Assembly (NCBI GenBank): GCA_964365305.1
Contig: CAYIPG010000003.1
Location: 1-49,903 of the forward strand
Source: an uncultured Candidatus Saccharibacteria bacterium
GTDB lineage: Bacteria > Patescibacteriota > Minisyncoccia > JACQLN01
Reading direction: 5' to 3'
Length of the DNA: 49,903 nt
The notes beneath the pieces are model-generated. The model was not told the origin of the DNA. It did not search any database and worked only from the letters and a program-made list of their open reading frames with translations. The position numbers were made by a program, and so were the translations under genes. Positions 8,451 to 16,270 of this stretch are shown in pieces. How positions within the stretch are numbered: the stretch's first letter is position 1; each line of letters opens with the position of its first letter.

Positions 8451-9812
8451 CTAATTCAATTCAAAAACCTCCCCCGCTTGCGGAACTCCTGCTTCCATCC
8501 CTAGATCGTTTTTAATCTTTCCGGCTAATACCGCGGCCGGTTTTTCTTCGCCTTGAACCACAAAAACCTTTTTAACATTTTTAATATGCCCGACCCATTC
8601 TAAGAGTCCGGCCTGATCGGCGTGGGCCGAATAGCCGCCAATGGCTTTTATCTGGGCCCGCACCGGAATGTTTTCTCTAAACATTTTAATTTCCTGCGCG
8701 CCGTCCAAAAGCCGCCGGCCCAGCGTGCCGCTAACTTGATAGCCAATAACCAACAGAGTTGATTTGGGATCGGGCAAATACCTGCGTTCATGATGCAAAA
8801 TTCGCCCCCCCTCCGACATGCCGCTGCCAGCCATGATTATTTTGGGCGGCGGCACATTGTTGATGGCCTTGGATGATTCGGTGGTTAAAGAAAATTCCAG
8901 TCCGGGAAAATTAAACAAATCGTCGCCGGATTTTATCAAGTAGGCCGCTTCCTTATTAAAATAATCTGGATATTTTTGATAAATCGCCGTGGCCTTGATA
9001 GCCAAAGGGCTGTCTATAAACACAGGAATTTTGGGAATTCGGCCCGATTCCGCCAGATTATTAAGTTCAAACAATAATTCCTGGGTGCGTTCCAAAGCAA
9101 AGGCCGGAATCATTAAAGCGCCGCCGTTGATAATGGTGTTTTCTATAACTTTCTTCAGTTTTTCTTGGCGTTGGCTCTTGTCTTCGTGCAAACGGTCGCC
9201 GTAAGCCGATTCCATCACAACAAAATCGGCCTCGCTTATAAATTCAGTCGGCCTTAACAACGGCGTGGGCGGGTTGCCTAGATCGCCCGAAAAAACAACT
9301 TTAATTTCTCTTGATTCTTCTTTCAAAAAAACTTCTATAATGGACGAGCCCAGAATATGGCCGGCATCGTTGAATTTGATTCTTATGTTTGGCGTAACTA
9401 TTATTTCTTCGTGATACTTTTTGCCGTGCGTTAATTTCCAAAGATTGATAATATCTTCTTCGGTGTATAATGGTTGTTCTTTTAAATCCTCGGCTTCGTC
9501 TTTTAGAATACGGACGCTATCGTCCAAAGAAATTCGAGCCAAATCTAGAGTGGGGTGAGTGGCAAAAACATCGCCCCGAAAACCGTCTTTATATAATTTA
9601 GGCAAACGGCCGATATGATCAATGTGGGCGTGGGTAATAAAAACGGCTTTAATTTCGGCGGGATTATAAGCAAAGGGTTTATAGTTTCCCCGCTCGGCAA
9701 AGCGGCCGCCCTGCGCCAAACCGCAGTCCACCATTATTTTAGCGCCGGCGCATTCTATAACATAATTGGCGCCGGTAACCTCGCCGGCCCCGCCGTAGAA
9801 AGTTAACTTCAT
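8451..9812 (-). CDS. MBL-fold beta-CASP ribonuclease
   Basis: THAHIDHIG, DAGHILGS, FSGDLG, MESAYGDR and YSAHAD motifs. Confidence 0.92.
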   Translation of the reverse strand: MKLTFYGGAGEVTGANYVIECAGAKIMVDCGLAQGGRFAERGNYKPFAYNPAEIKAVFITHAHIDHIGRLPKLYKDGFRGDVFATHPTLDLARISLDDSVRILKDEAEDLKEQPLYTEEDIINLWKLTHGKKYHEEIIVTPNIRIKFNDAGHILGSSIIEVFLKEESREIKVVFSGDLGNPPTPLLRPTEFISEADFVVMESAYGDRLHEDKSQRQEKLKKVIENTIINGGALMIPAFALERTQELLFELNNLAESGRIPKIPVFIDSPLAIKATAIYQKYPDYFNKEAAYLIKSGDDLFNFPGLEFSLTTESSKAINNVPPPKIIMAGSGMSEGGRILHHERRYLPDPKSTLLVIGYQVSGTLGRRLLDGAQEIKMFRENIPVRAQIKAIGGYSAHADQAGLLEWVGHIKNVKKVFVVQGEEKPAAVLAGKIKNDLGMEAGVPQAGEVFELN

Positions 9813-10432
9813 ATAAAATTATTTAATGTCGCCCATTTTTTTCTGACTATGCCCGGCCATTTTTTGTTTGATTTTTTCCAATCCGACAACCACGCGATTG
9901 TCTTCGGGTCTGACGGGTAGCCCGAGCCGAAATCGCCATATTTCTTTTTTAAAATTTTAACATATTTTTCCCGTTCTGTTTTAGCTAAAATGGAAGCCGC
10001 CGCCACTAAAACATTATGGCTATCCATTTTATTAGCGCCGGTTAATCTGGGTGAGTTGAAGCATAAAGCCGCGACAGAGTTGCAATAATTTTTTATACCC
10101 CGGCCACTGGCCGGCACATCTATATAAACGCGGTGAGGCAAGAATTGATTGATGAGTTGAGCCGAGAATTTAATTTCCAAATCATTGATAGAATATTTAT
10201 CTATGGCTGAAGGACCGACCTTCAGAATTTTGTAACTATGGGCGATTTTTTTAATATCTTTGGCTAATTGATCTCGTTTAGCCGAAAGAAGTAATTTGGA
10301 ATCATTAACTCCGATATCGTTTAATTGATCTATCAAGTGCTCTTCCTCCGGTATTAAAAAACCCGCCAAAAAAAGCGGGCCAATCACGCAACCCCGCCCG
10401 GCTTCGTCTATTCCAAGAACCAGATCAGCCAT
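9809..10432 (-). CDS. rnhB: Ribonuclease HII (archaeal/eukaryote-like C-terminus)
   Basis: GIDEAGRG, DSKLL, VAAASILAK, FGSGYPSDPKT; start placed at MADLVLG. Confidence 0.9.
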   Translation of the reverse strand: MADLVLGIDEAGRGCVIGPLFLAGFLIPEEEHLIDQLNDIGVNDSKLLLSAKRDQLAKDIKKIAHSYKILKVGPSAIDKYSINDLEIKFSAQLINQFLPHRVYIDVPASGRGIKNYCNSVAALCFNSPRLTGANKMDSHNVLVAAASILAKTEREKYVKILKKKYGDFGSGYPSDPKTIAWLSDWKKSNKKWPGIVRKKWATLNNFI

Positions 10433-10559
10433 ATCAGTATTATATATCATGAAAACAAGTTTTAGTTTTCACCAGCGAGGATTGTTTGAGTCCCGAGTTT
10501 ACGAGGGCGAGTTCCGGAGCCAGAAAACTAAAACTTGCCGTAATATATCAAAAATAAAA

Positions 10560-10785
10560 AATCCCCGAAGCGGTTTTCGCTTCGGGGATGCTCGGTTTAG
10601 GGCCGTGAGCTGGGCATTTATAAATAACTTTTACATTGTTGGAACATTCCTATAATCAGGGTTGCGGTTGAGGGGAGTTATCTCCTTCTCTGAATCCATC
10701 ATTTTTGCGTAAATACGCCTTTGATCTGCGTACTTCGCAGCAATGTCTGGACTCGGAAAAAGAGAGGATTGATTCAGTGTATGTT
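10560..10785 (-). ncRNA. Candidate ~225-nt structured small RNA (or sORF transcript)
   Basis: TTGACA-16-TATAAT promoter (10817-10790); hairpins CTGCG/CGCAG, GCGTA/TACGC, CTGAATC/GATTCAG; terminator ATCCCCGAAGCG..CGCTTCGGGGAT plus U-tract; no long minus-strand ORF. Confidence 0.45.
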
Positions 10786-10876
10786 ATCCATTATACACTA
10801 TCTATATATCTTGTCAAGTACTTGCCCCAAAATACCCCCAAAACCACTAAAAAATGGCGTAAATACGCTATTTTTG

Positions 10877-11064
10877 TGCCCTCGAGAGGACTCGAACCTC
10901 TACCACCTCCTTCGGAGGGAGGCGTGGCACTTGCCCCGTATAAATTTGTCTATTGTGTCTCCGGCGCGACTCGAACGCGCAACCTTCAGCTTCGGAGGCT
11001 GACGCTCTGTCCAATTGAGCTACGGAGACAAATTTTATTCGGGGTCCAGTTCAACTACGAGGGC
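10877..11064 (-). tRNA. Interrupted outer tRNA-Arg(CCG): 5' part 11064-11045, 3' part ~10926-10877
   Basis: 5' GCCCTCG-TA-GTTGAACTGGA; 3' CCTCC-CTCCGAA-GGAGG-TGGT-AGAGG-TTCGAGT-CCTCT-CGAGGGC-A; acceptor strands GCCCTCG/CGAGGGC pair perfectly across a ~120-nt insert. Confidence 0.7.
10956..11029 (-). tRNA. tRNA-Arg(CCG), intact, nested inside the outer tRNA
   Basis: GTCTCCG TA GCTC AATTGGACA GAGC G TCAGC CTCCGAA GCTGA AGGTT GCGCG TTCGAGT CGCGC CGGAGAC A: full cloverleaf, CCA not encoded. Confidence 0.95.
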
Positions 11065-11534
11065 TATGTGTGTCTATCGGCGACGACAAAAGCCCCAAAA
11101 CTAAAGGGCTTGATTTTAACCTCATAGCCGTTGCCGCGCACCATGCCGGTAACTTCTTTGATCATAGCCCGAGTGTCGCCGTTCTCGCCCACATCCACAT
11201 GAATTTCAAAATTAAATTTATTTTTTTCCAAGGCCTTATAAAGTTGGCCCGAAAAAGCCCCAGCCACCTCCAATGATTTTAATGTCTCGGTATAAATGCG
11301 ATCGCGTAACGACTTAAAATTATCGCGCTGATCGCGCGTCCAAAAATAACGGCCTCCGGCGCCCACTCGATGCACCACAATGGCGGTTATAAAATCGGTG
11401 CGGGTATAAACCTGCGAATCAGTGCCGATAACTATGTTGTAACTTCTTTTGAAGTCAGCGCGGACATAATCTTTAATATCGGCGATAACTTCGTCGGCGC
11501 TCATTCGGCCTTTGGTTGGACTGTTAAAATTCAT
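11064..11534 (-). CDS. YkuK/DUF458 family RNase H-like protein
   Basis: IVIGTDSQ, TAIVVHRVGAGGRYFW, EIHVDVGENG, AFVVADRH; start moved to MNFNSPTKG. Confidence 0.85.
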   Translation of the reverse strand: MNFNSPTKGRMSADEVIADIKDYVRADFKRSYNIVIGTDSQVYTRTDFITAIVVHRVGAGGRYFWTRDQRDNFKSLRDRIYTETLKSLEVAGAFSGQLYKALEKNKFNFEIHVDVGENGDTRAMIKEVTGMVRGNGYEVKIKPFSFGAFVVADRHT

Positions 11535-11670
11535 GCCAATTTTATTTATCTGCCTGACTGTCGTCAAGCAGACGAAGTGAGTAATTATAAAATTGAGCAC
11601 CCCGCAATATGCGGGGTAAGGTTTTCTAGACAAAATTTGTTCACTTCGTTCCAAATTTTGTAGAAAGCCC

Positions 11671-12492
11671 TTAAAACAATGTTGGTCGCTGATGATTAGA
11701 ACCAATCACCTTAGCGTCTAAAATTCGGTATAACTTAAAATGTCGCATGTCTTGGCGGGTGTGGCAATAGGCCTCTATGGTATCGCCTTTTATGGAATAT
11801 ATCTCTATATTGCGAACTTTTCGGGCATCCTCGCCATCTTCTGGTTTGGTGGAAACATAATCAATCTGAACAACCTGCTTATTTTGAAAGGCCTGGCTTA
11901 AAACCGCGCGAATACTGCCAACCCCGACGGCGCCGTCGGGGCCAACCGATTCTAAAGCGCCCCAACTAGCCGGCACCGCTTTTAAGCCGTCGTTTCTGGT
12001 CGCCACCATCAACGAACCATGCCGAAGACCATACTCATAAAGATCACGGGTTAGTTTTACATCCTGCAGACAATACTTTTTTATTTCTTCTATTTTGCCT
12101 TCGCGAAACCATTGCAACGCCTCCAAACCATGCGAGGTTTTTTGCTCGCCCAAAGTGCTTTGGCCCAAAGAGTCCAAACCAATTCTAAAACCCAAAACCT
12201 TTTCCAACTCGGCCATAATATCCAAAGTGGGCAGACCGGCCAAATCAATTTTCTTAAAATAGGGCTGTAAAACCGGGTAATCAAAATGTTTGATGTTAAA
12301 ACCGATAACCAATTCGGCTTTCGCCATTAGATCTTCCAGTTGGCTCAACTCGCTTTCTTCAAAAGCGTAGAATTTATCTTGAGCGTAATCATAAGCGCCC
12401 GCGATAGACACGCCCAGCATGTGGATGTTGCGGTAGCCGCCCACTTCGGCAAATTCTTTTTTGGTTTCAACATCAAAAACAAGTTTGTTCAT
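11671..12492 (-). CDS. RNase H-like (YprB/DnaQ-type) 3'-5' exonuclease with C-terminal WYL domain
   Basis: VFDVET, IGFNIKHFDYP, YCLQDV exonuclease motifs; IEAYCHTRQDMRHFKLYRI WYL motif. Confidence 0.8.
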   Translation of the reverse strand: MNKLVFDVETKKEFAEVGGYRNIHMLGVSIAGAYDYAQDKFYAFEESELSQLEDLMAKAELVIGFNIKHFDYPVLQPYFKKIDLAGLPTLDIMAELEKVLGFRIGLDSLGQSTLGEQKTSHGLEALQWFREGKIEEIKKYCLQDVKLTRDLYEYGLRHGSLMVATRNDGLKAVPASWGALESVGPDGAVGVGSIRAVLSQAFQNKQVVQIDYVSTKPEDGEDARKVRNIEIYSIKGDTIEAYCHTRQDMRHFKLYRILDAKVIGSNHQRPTLF

Positions 12493-12604
12493 TTGAAAAT
12501 AGAATACCAGTTTGAAATCACAAACTCAAGAAAAAATCAAAAAACAAACTGCCGCCGAGCGACTTCGGGTACGCGAGAAAAACTTATTTTGAGCGAACTC
12601 AAGA

Positions 12605-12696
12605 GCATAAAAATCCTGGCCTGCGATTTCTGGGAGAAGACATTTATATATTAAAAATAAGAGGCTCACAGTAGGAGCAGGCCAGGATTTTTATGC
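12605..12696. repeat. Perfect 20-bp inverted repeat with a 52-bp spacer
   Basis: GCATAAAAATCCTGGCCTGC / GCAGGCCAGGATTTTTATGC. Confidence 0.75.
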
Positions 12697-12707
12697 GAGT
12701 AAAGTTT

Positions 12708-13262
12708 CTATTGTTTGGACGAGAATTTTTTGTAACCCAAAAAAATGAGTAGCGCTAAGGCAAAACCCAAAACAGCAAATCTCAAATAGTCGTTCATATC
12801 CGACCAATAGCGAATTGTGCCGACAATTAGCGATAATAACCCGCCGCCCAAAAAACCGTTGGCCACCGCGCCCACATCAATAACCAAAAATCCCAAAGCC
12901 AAGGCGACCAAGCCGGCCACAATAAGAATTATAAAAACATTTCTGTTGTAGACGGATTTGACGCTGTCATAGCTCTCGCGGCATTTGGCCGTGGCATCGC
13001 ACCAGCCCTTTTGATCTGTCTGGGGCTCAATTGGAATCGGAACCTCACCCCGATAATATTTAGGGCTTTCACTATTTTCAAACCACCGGCCGCCCACGGC
13101 TTCACACGAGTTTTTATCGGCATAGGATTTTTGATTTAATTCCACCGGACAAAACTTTTCGTAATCGGGCGATTTGTAAAAAGTGGAAACGCCGTAATTA
13201 AAAAACAAATTCAACACCACCACAATCGCCAGCGCCAAAATTATTTCTTTGATTCGCGACAT
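12708..13262 (-). CDS. Hypothetical membrane protein (4 TM, Cys-containing loop)
   Basis: Hydropathy pattern; 184-aa ORF in operon with murE. Confidence 0.7.
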   Translation of the reverse strand: MSRIKEIILALAIVVVLNLFFNYGVSTFYKSPDYEKFCPVELNQKSYADKNSCEAVGGRWFENSESPKYYRGEVPIPIEPQTDQKGWCDATAKCRESYDSVKSVYNRNVFIILIVAGLVALALGFLVIDVGAVANGFLGGGLLSLIVGTIRYWSDMNDYLRFAVLGFALALLIFLGYKKFSSKQ

Positions 13263-13275
13263 AATTTTTATTTTA

Positions 13276-14583
13276 TCATTTTTTACTTAATTTAGCCAAT
13301 TCCTCCAGCACCACGGCGCGTTCGTCCCAATCCATGGGGCCAAAGCGGGTCATCATGGTTTTTTCGGCGCCTTTGCCGGTGATTAATACTGCGTCGCCAG
13401 CGCGAGCTGACTGCAAGGCCTCACGAATGGCCAAGCGCCGATCCATGATGATTTTATAGGGTTTGTCTTTAATACCGCGGCTGATGTCTTTAATAATATG
13501 TTCCGGATCTTCGGCATAAGGATCTTCGTCGGTTAAAAAAATCTGGTCGCAAAATCGTTCGGCAATCTCACCCATCTGCGGCCGTTTCCATTTATCGCGG
13601 CCGCCGCCGGCCGCGCCCAAAACGCCAATCAACTTGTGGTCATAGCCAACCCAAAAAGAACGAGCTACTCGATAGACGCTCTCCAAAGCGTCGGGCGTGT
13701 GGGCGTAATCAATCGCCGCCAAAAACGGCTCAACCTGCAAAACCTCCAACCGCCCCGGCGCGCCCTTAAAATTAGCCAGTGAGTCCTTAATCACTTTGGC
13801 TGGAATCTCAAAAGCCCTGGCCACAGCTATCGCCGCCAAAACATTGTACAAATTAAAATCACCCAAAAGCGGACTGGCGTATTCTTCGCCTTCCAAAATA
13901 AAGCCCACTCCGTTCTTTGAAAATTTGATATCTTGAGGAATAAAATTATTTTTAACTTCCGGCCGATGGTTTTCCTGAAATAAGCCGTAGCCAATTTTTT
14001 CGTCAGCCCAGTAACGAGTGTAGTAAAAAGCCGAGGGATCATCCAGATTAACCACACTAATTTTATTAGACCCGCTTTTTTTCCAAGACCGCAATTTCTT
14101 AAACAAAATTTCTTTGGCGGCGCGGTATTTTTCAAAAGAACCATGACTCTCAATATGTTCCGGTCGAACATTGGTTAACACCGCGCAATCAAAATTTATA
14201 AAATCGGCGCGGTGCTGTTTCAAGCCCTCCGAAGTTACTTCTAAAATAGCGTACTGACAACCCGCCCCGGCGGCCTCGCGCAAAAACTTTTGCAAAGCCA
14301 AACGGCCCGGCATGGTCATTTTAAGTTTATTATCAACAACTTTATCCTTGATACGAAACCTGATGGTGGAAGTTGAGGCCACATTCAAACCGAAGTTCTG
14401 AAAAATATCGTGCAATAATTGCACCACGGTGGATTTGCCGTTGGTGCCGGTTACTCCAATCACAATTAAATCCCGCGAAGGAAATTTATATTTTACCGCT
14501 CCCGCGAGAGCAACCAGCCAATGTGACGCGTTCCAAATCCGCCTTGGGATAATTTTTTTGATTAAATTCTTGATTAAATTCAT
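13276..14583 (-). CDS. murE: UDP-MurNAc-tripeptide ligase MurE
   Basis: GVTGTNGKST, LEVTSEG, IDYAHTPDAL, GGGRDKWKRP, LITGKG. Confidence 0.9.
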   Translation of the reverse strand: MNLIKNLIKKIIPRRIWNASHWLVALAGAVKYKFPSRDLIVIGVTGTNGKSTVVQLLHDIFQNFGLNVASTSTIRFRIKDKVVDNKLKMTMPGRLALQKFLREAAGAGCQYAILEVTSEGLKQHRADFINFDCAVLTNVRPEHIESHGSFEKYRAAKEILFKKLRSWKKSGSNKISVVNLDDPSAFYYTRYWADEKIGYGLFQENHRPEVKNNFIPQDIKFSKNGVGFILEGEEYASPLLGDFNLYNVLAAIAVARAFEIPAKVIKDSLANFKGAPGRLEVLQVEPFLAAIDYAHTPDALESVYRVARSFWVGYDHKLIGVLGAAGGGRDKWKRPQMGEIAERFCDQIFLTDEDPYAEDPEHIIKDISRGIKDKPYKIIMDRRLAIREALQSARAGDAVLITGKGAEKTMMTRFGPMDWDERAVVLEELAKLSKK

Positions 14584-15473
14584 TTTTTAACTAAGCGATA
14601 AAGCCGATACCACCATGGTTTTAGAATTTTAACATAAGCCCCGGGATATTTTTTAACCTCTCCGCCAAAACCCATTTTGAAACGGGTAATTCCAGGCCAT
14701 TTTTCTTTATCTATGCCCCAAAAATCATAGTAGCCGCAACCAATTGATTTGAACAATTTTATCGCCCCCCAATGCAACAAATGCGGCCCCATTAAAGCGC
14801 GATGTTGATAATCCGAACCACCGTGAAGATAAGTGGCGGTTGAGCCAAAAGTATAAAAGACCCCGGCGGCAACTAAGCGCGTATCCTTAAAAACACCCAA
14901 AAACTTTAGGTGTGATTTATTTATTGTTTGTTCTAATTTAACAAAGTATTCCTTGGGATAAGTTCTAAATTTTTGCCGATGCGCGGTCGCGGATAACAAT
15001 TTATAAAACTCATCCGCGTTAATTTCTGAAAACATTAGATCGCTTTTTAATCCGATTCTAATGCTGTAGCGGGTCTTGGAATGCATAGCGGCCAGCAGTT
15101 CTTCTTCTGATTCAGAAAGATTTAGGATGGCTGTTTGAATTGGCTGTTTGGCCTGGCGGACATCAAACGCGATCCCGGGAACAAATTGAGTCGGTTCCAA
15201 AGAACAAAAAACTACATTTGGGGGTAATAATTCTATGATTTTATTTACCAACTCTGCCGGTTTTATATCAAAAAAAATCGGCCCTCGGGGAATATACGCT
15301 TTAGCAAGCCCAAATGGAATCCTGGAAACAACAATCTGACCCAATCCTAACTCTTTATCAAAAAAACGAATCACTTGGCGCCCCAGCGATTCCTGAAACT
15401 CGCCCCACTCCCAACTCTGCAAAAATTCCCCGTTATGTTTTTCTACTAAATTATCCCAATGTTCTTTGATCAT
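14580..15473 (-). CDS. FemAB/FemX family peptidoglycan bridge aminoacyltransferase
   Basis: FLQSWEWGEFQ, YIPRGP, KTRYSIR, YDFWGI, GITRFKMGFGG. Confidence 0.9.
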   Translation of the reverse strand: MIKEHWDNLVEKHNGEFLQSWEWGEFQESLGRQVIRFFDKELGLGQIVVSRIPFGLAKAYIPRGPIFFDIKPAELVNKIIELLPPNVVFCSLEPTQFVPGIAFDVRQAKQPIQTAILNLSESEEELLAAMHSKTRYSIRIGLKSDLMFSEINADEFYKLLSATAHRQKFRTYPKEYFVKLEQTINKSHLKFLGVFKDTRLVAAGVFYTFGSTATYLHGGSDYQHRALMGPHLLHWGAIKLFKSIGCGYYDFWGIDKEKWPGITRFKMGFGGEVKKYPGAYVKILKPWWYRLYRLVKK

Positions 15474-15501
15474 AAGTTAATCAGTGTGTATAAGTGCTCG
15501 C

Positions 15502-15531
15502 TTGACAAGCTAACAAGCCGCTTGTTACAAT
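15502..15531 (+). promoter_or_regulatory. Sigma70-type promoter with an overlapping palindromic operator
   Basis: TTGACA-18-TACAAT; TAACAAGC-C-GCTTGTTA palindrome at 15511-15527. Confidence 0.6.
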
Positions 15532-15537
15532 CTATTT

Positions 15538-15636
15538 ACAAAGACCTGCATTCTGAACTGTCACCGGACGGTGGCGTGGCTGGGACAACCAGCATAGGAA
15601 CCGTGGTCGGAAATAGCCCCTTTGGGGCTATTTTTT
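15538..15636 (+). ncRNA. Candidate DUF3800-associated small RNA, convergent with the DUF3800 gene
   Basis: Own promoter; hairpins CACCG/CGGTG and GCTGG/CCAGC, closing GACC/GGTC; terminator AAATAGCCCC-TTT-GGGGCTATTTTTT. Confidence 0.6.
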
Positions 15637-15637
15637 G

Positions 15638-16264
15638 TTATCTGAACGGCCACTCGTTTTCAATATGATTATTAACAATATTTCTATATAATTTAGAGTC
15701 GTCTTTACTCTTATCATAAGACCTCCTGATACTACCCGCCACCATGTCCGCCATTTGAATCAAAACATTCCCACCGGAATCAACTAACTTGCAGTTTTTA
15801 ATTACTTTTTTCTGCGTGGAATTAAGCTCTCTTCTTAAATAACCCAAAAAGCTCTTTCTAAAAATCCTATCTCCGCTTCCATCTATCCTTATTTTCGCAT
15901 TAAGTATGGAGTTATTACTATGTTTAAGGACTAACTTAATGGCATAACTGTAAAAAGAATTTTTGTTACTCTTTAGTTCATTGCTTCTTAAAATAGTTTT
16001 GTCCATAACTAAACATCTAATTTTGAACTTAAACGGTGCGATAGTTTTCAAAAACTTTTCCCGAACATTTCGTGAGGACTTAAAAAATCTAAATTCCACA
16101 TCGTCCGGAAAACCTAAAGAACGTCTTAAATTTTTTATGGCAACGGCAGTTTTCTCCGCTTCTAATTCATCATCAAAAATAACCAATGAAATCACAAAAA
16201 ATATACTTGAACCCTTATCAAGTTTGAATCCCGGATCTCCTGAATCATCAACAAAAACAAGCAT
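15638..16264 (-). CDS. DUF3800 family protein (RNase H-like fold)
   Basis: MLVFVDDSGDPG N-terminus; IQMADMVAGSI C-terminal motif. Confidence 0.85.
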   Translation of the reverse strand: MLVFVDDSGDPGFKLDKGSSIFFVISLVIFDDELEAEKTAVAIKNLRRSLGFPDDVEFRFFKSSRNVREKFLKTIAPFKFKIRCLVMDKTILRSNELKSNKNSFYSYAIKLVLKHSNNSILNAKIRIDGSGDRIFRKSFLGYLRRELNSTQKKVIKNCKLVDSGGNVLIQMADMVAGSIRRSYDKSKDDSKLYRNIVNNHIENEWPFR

Positions 16265-16270
16265 AATAAA

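Noticed and set aside
10877-10926. Partial tRNA as a prophage attR duplication
   Set aside because: Its stems differ from the intact tRNA, and its matching 5' half is present on the other side at 11064-11045.
10705-11127. Plus-strand ORFs 10705-11127 and 10721-11002
   Set aside because: Antisense to tRNA genes; no recognisable protein features.
11535-11705. N-terminal extensions predicted for the YkuK-like gene (and likewise holA, ruvC, pilin)
   Set aside because: They overlap upstream genes or intergenic hairpins; family motifs begin at the downstream Met.
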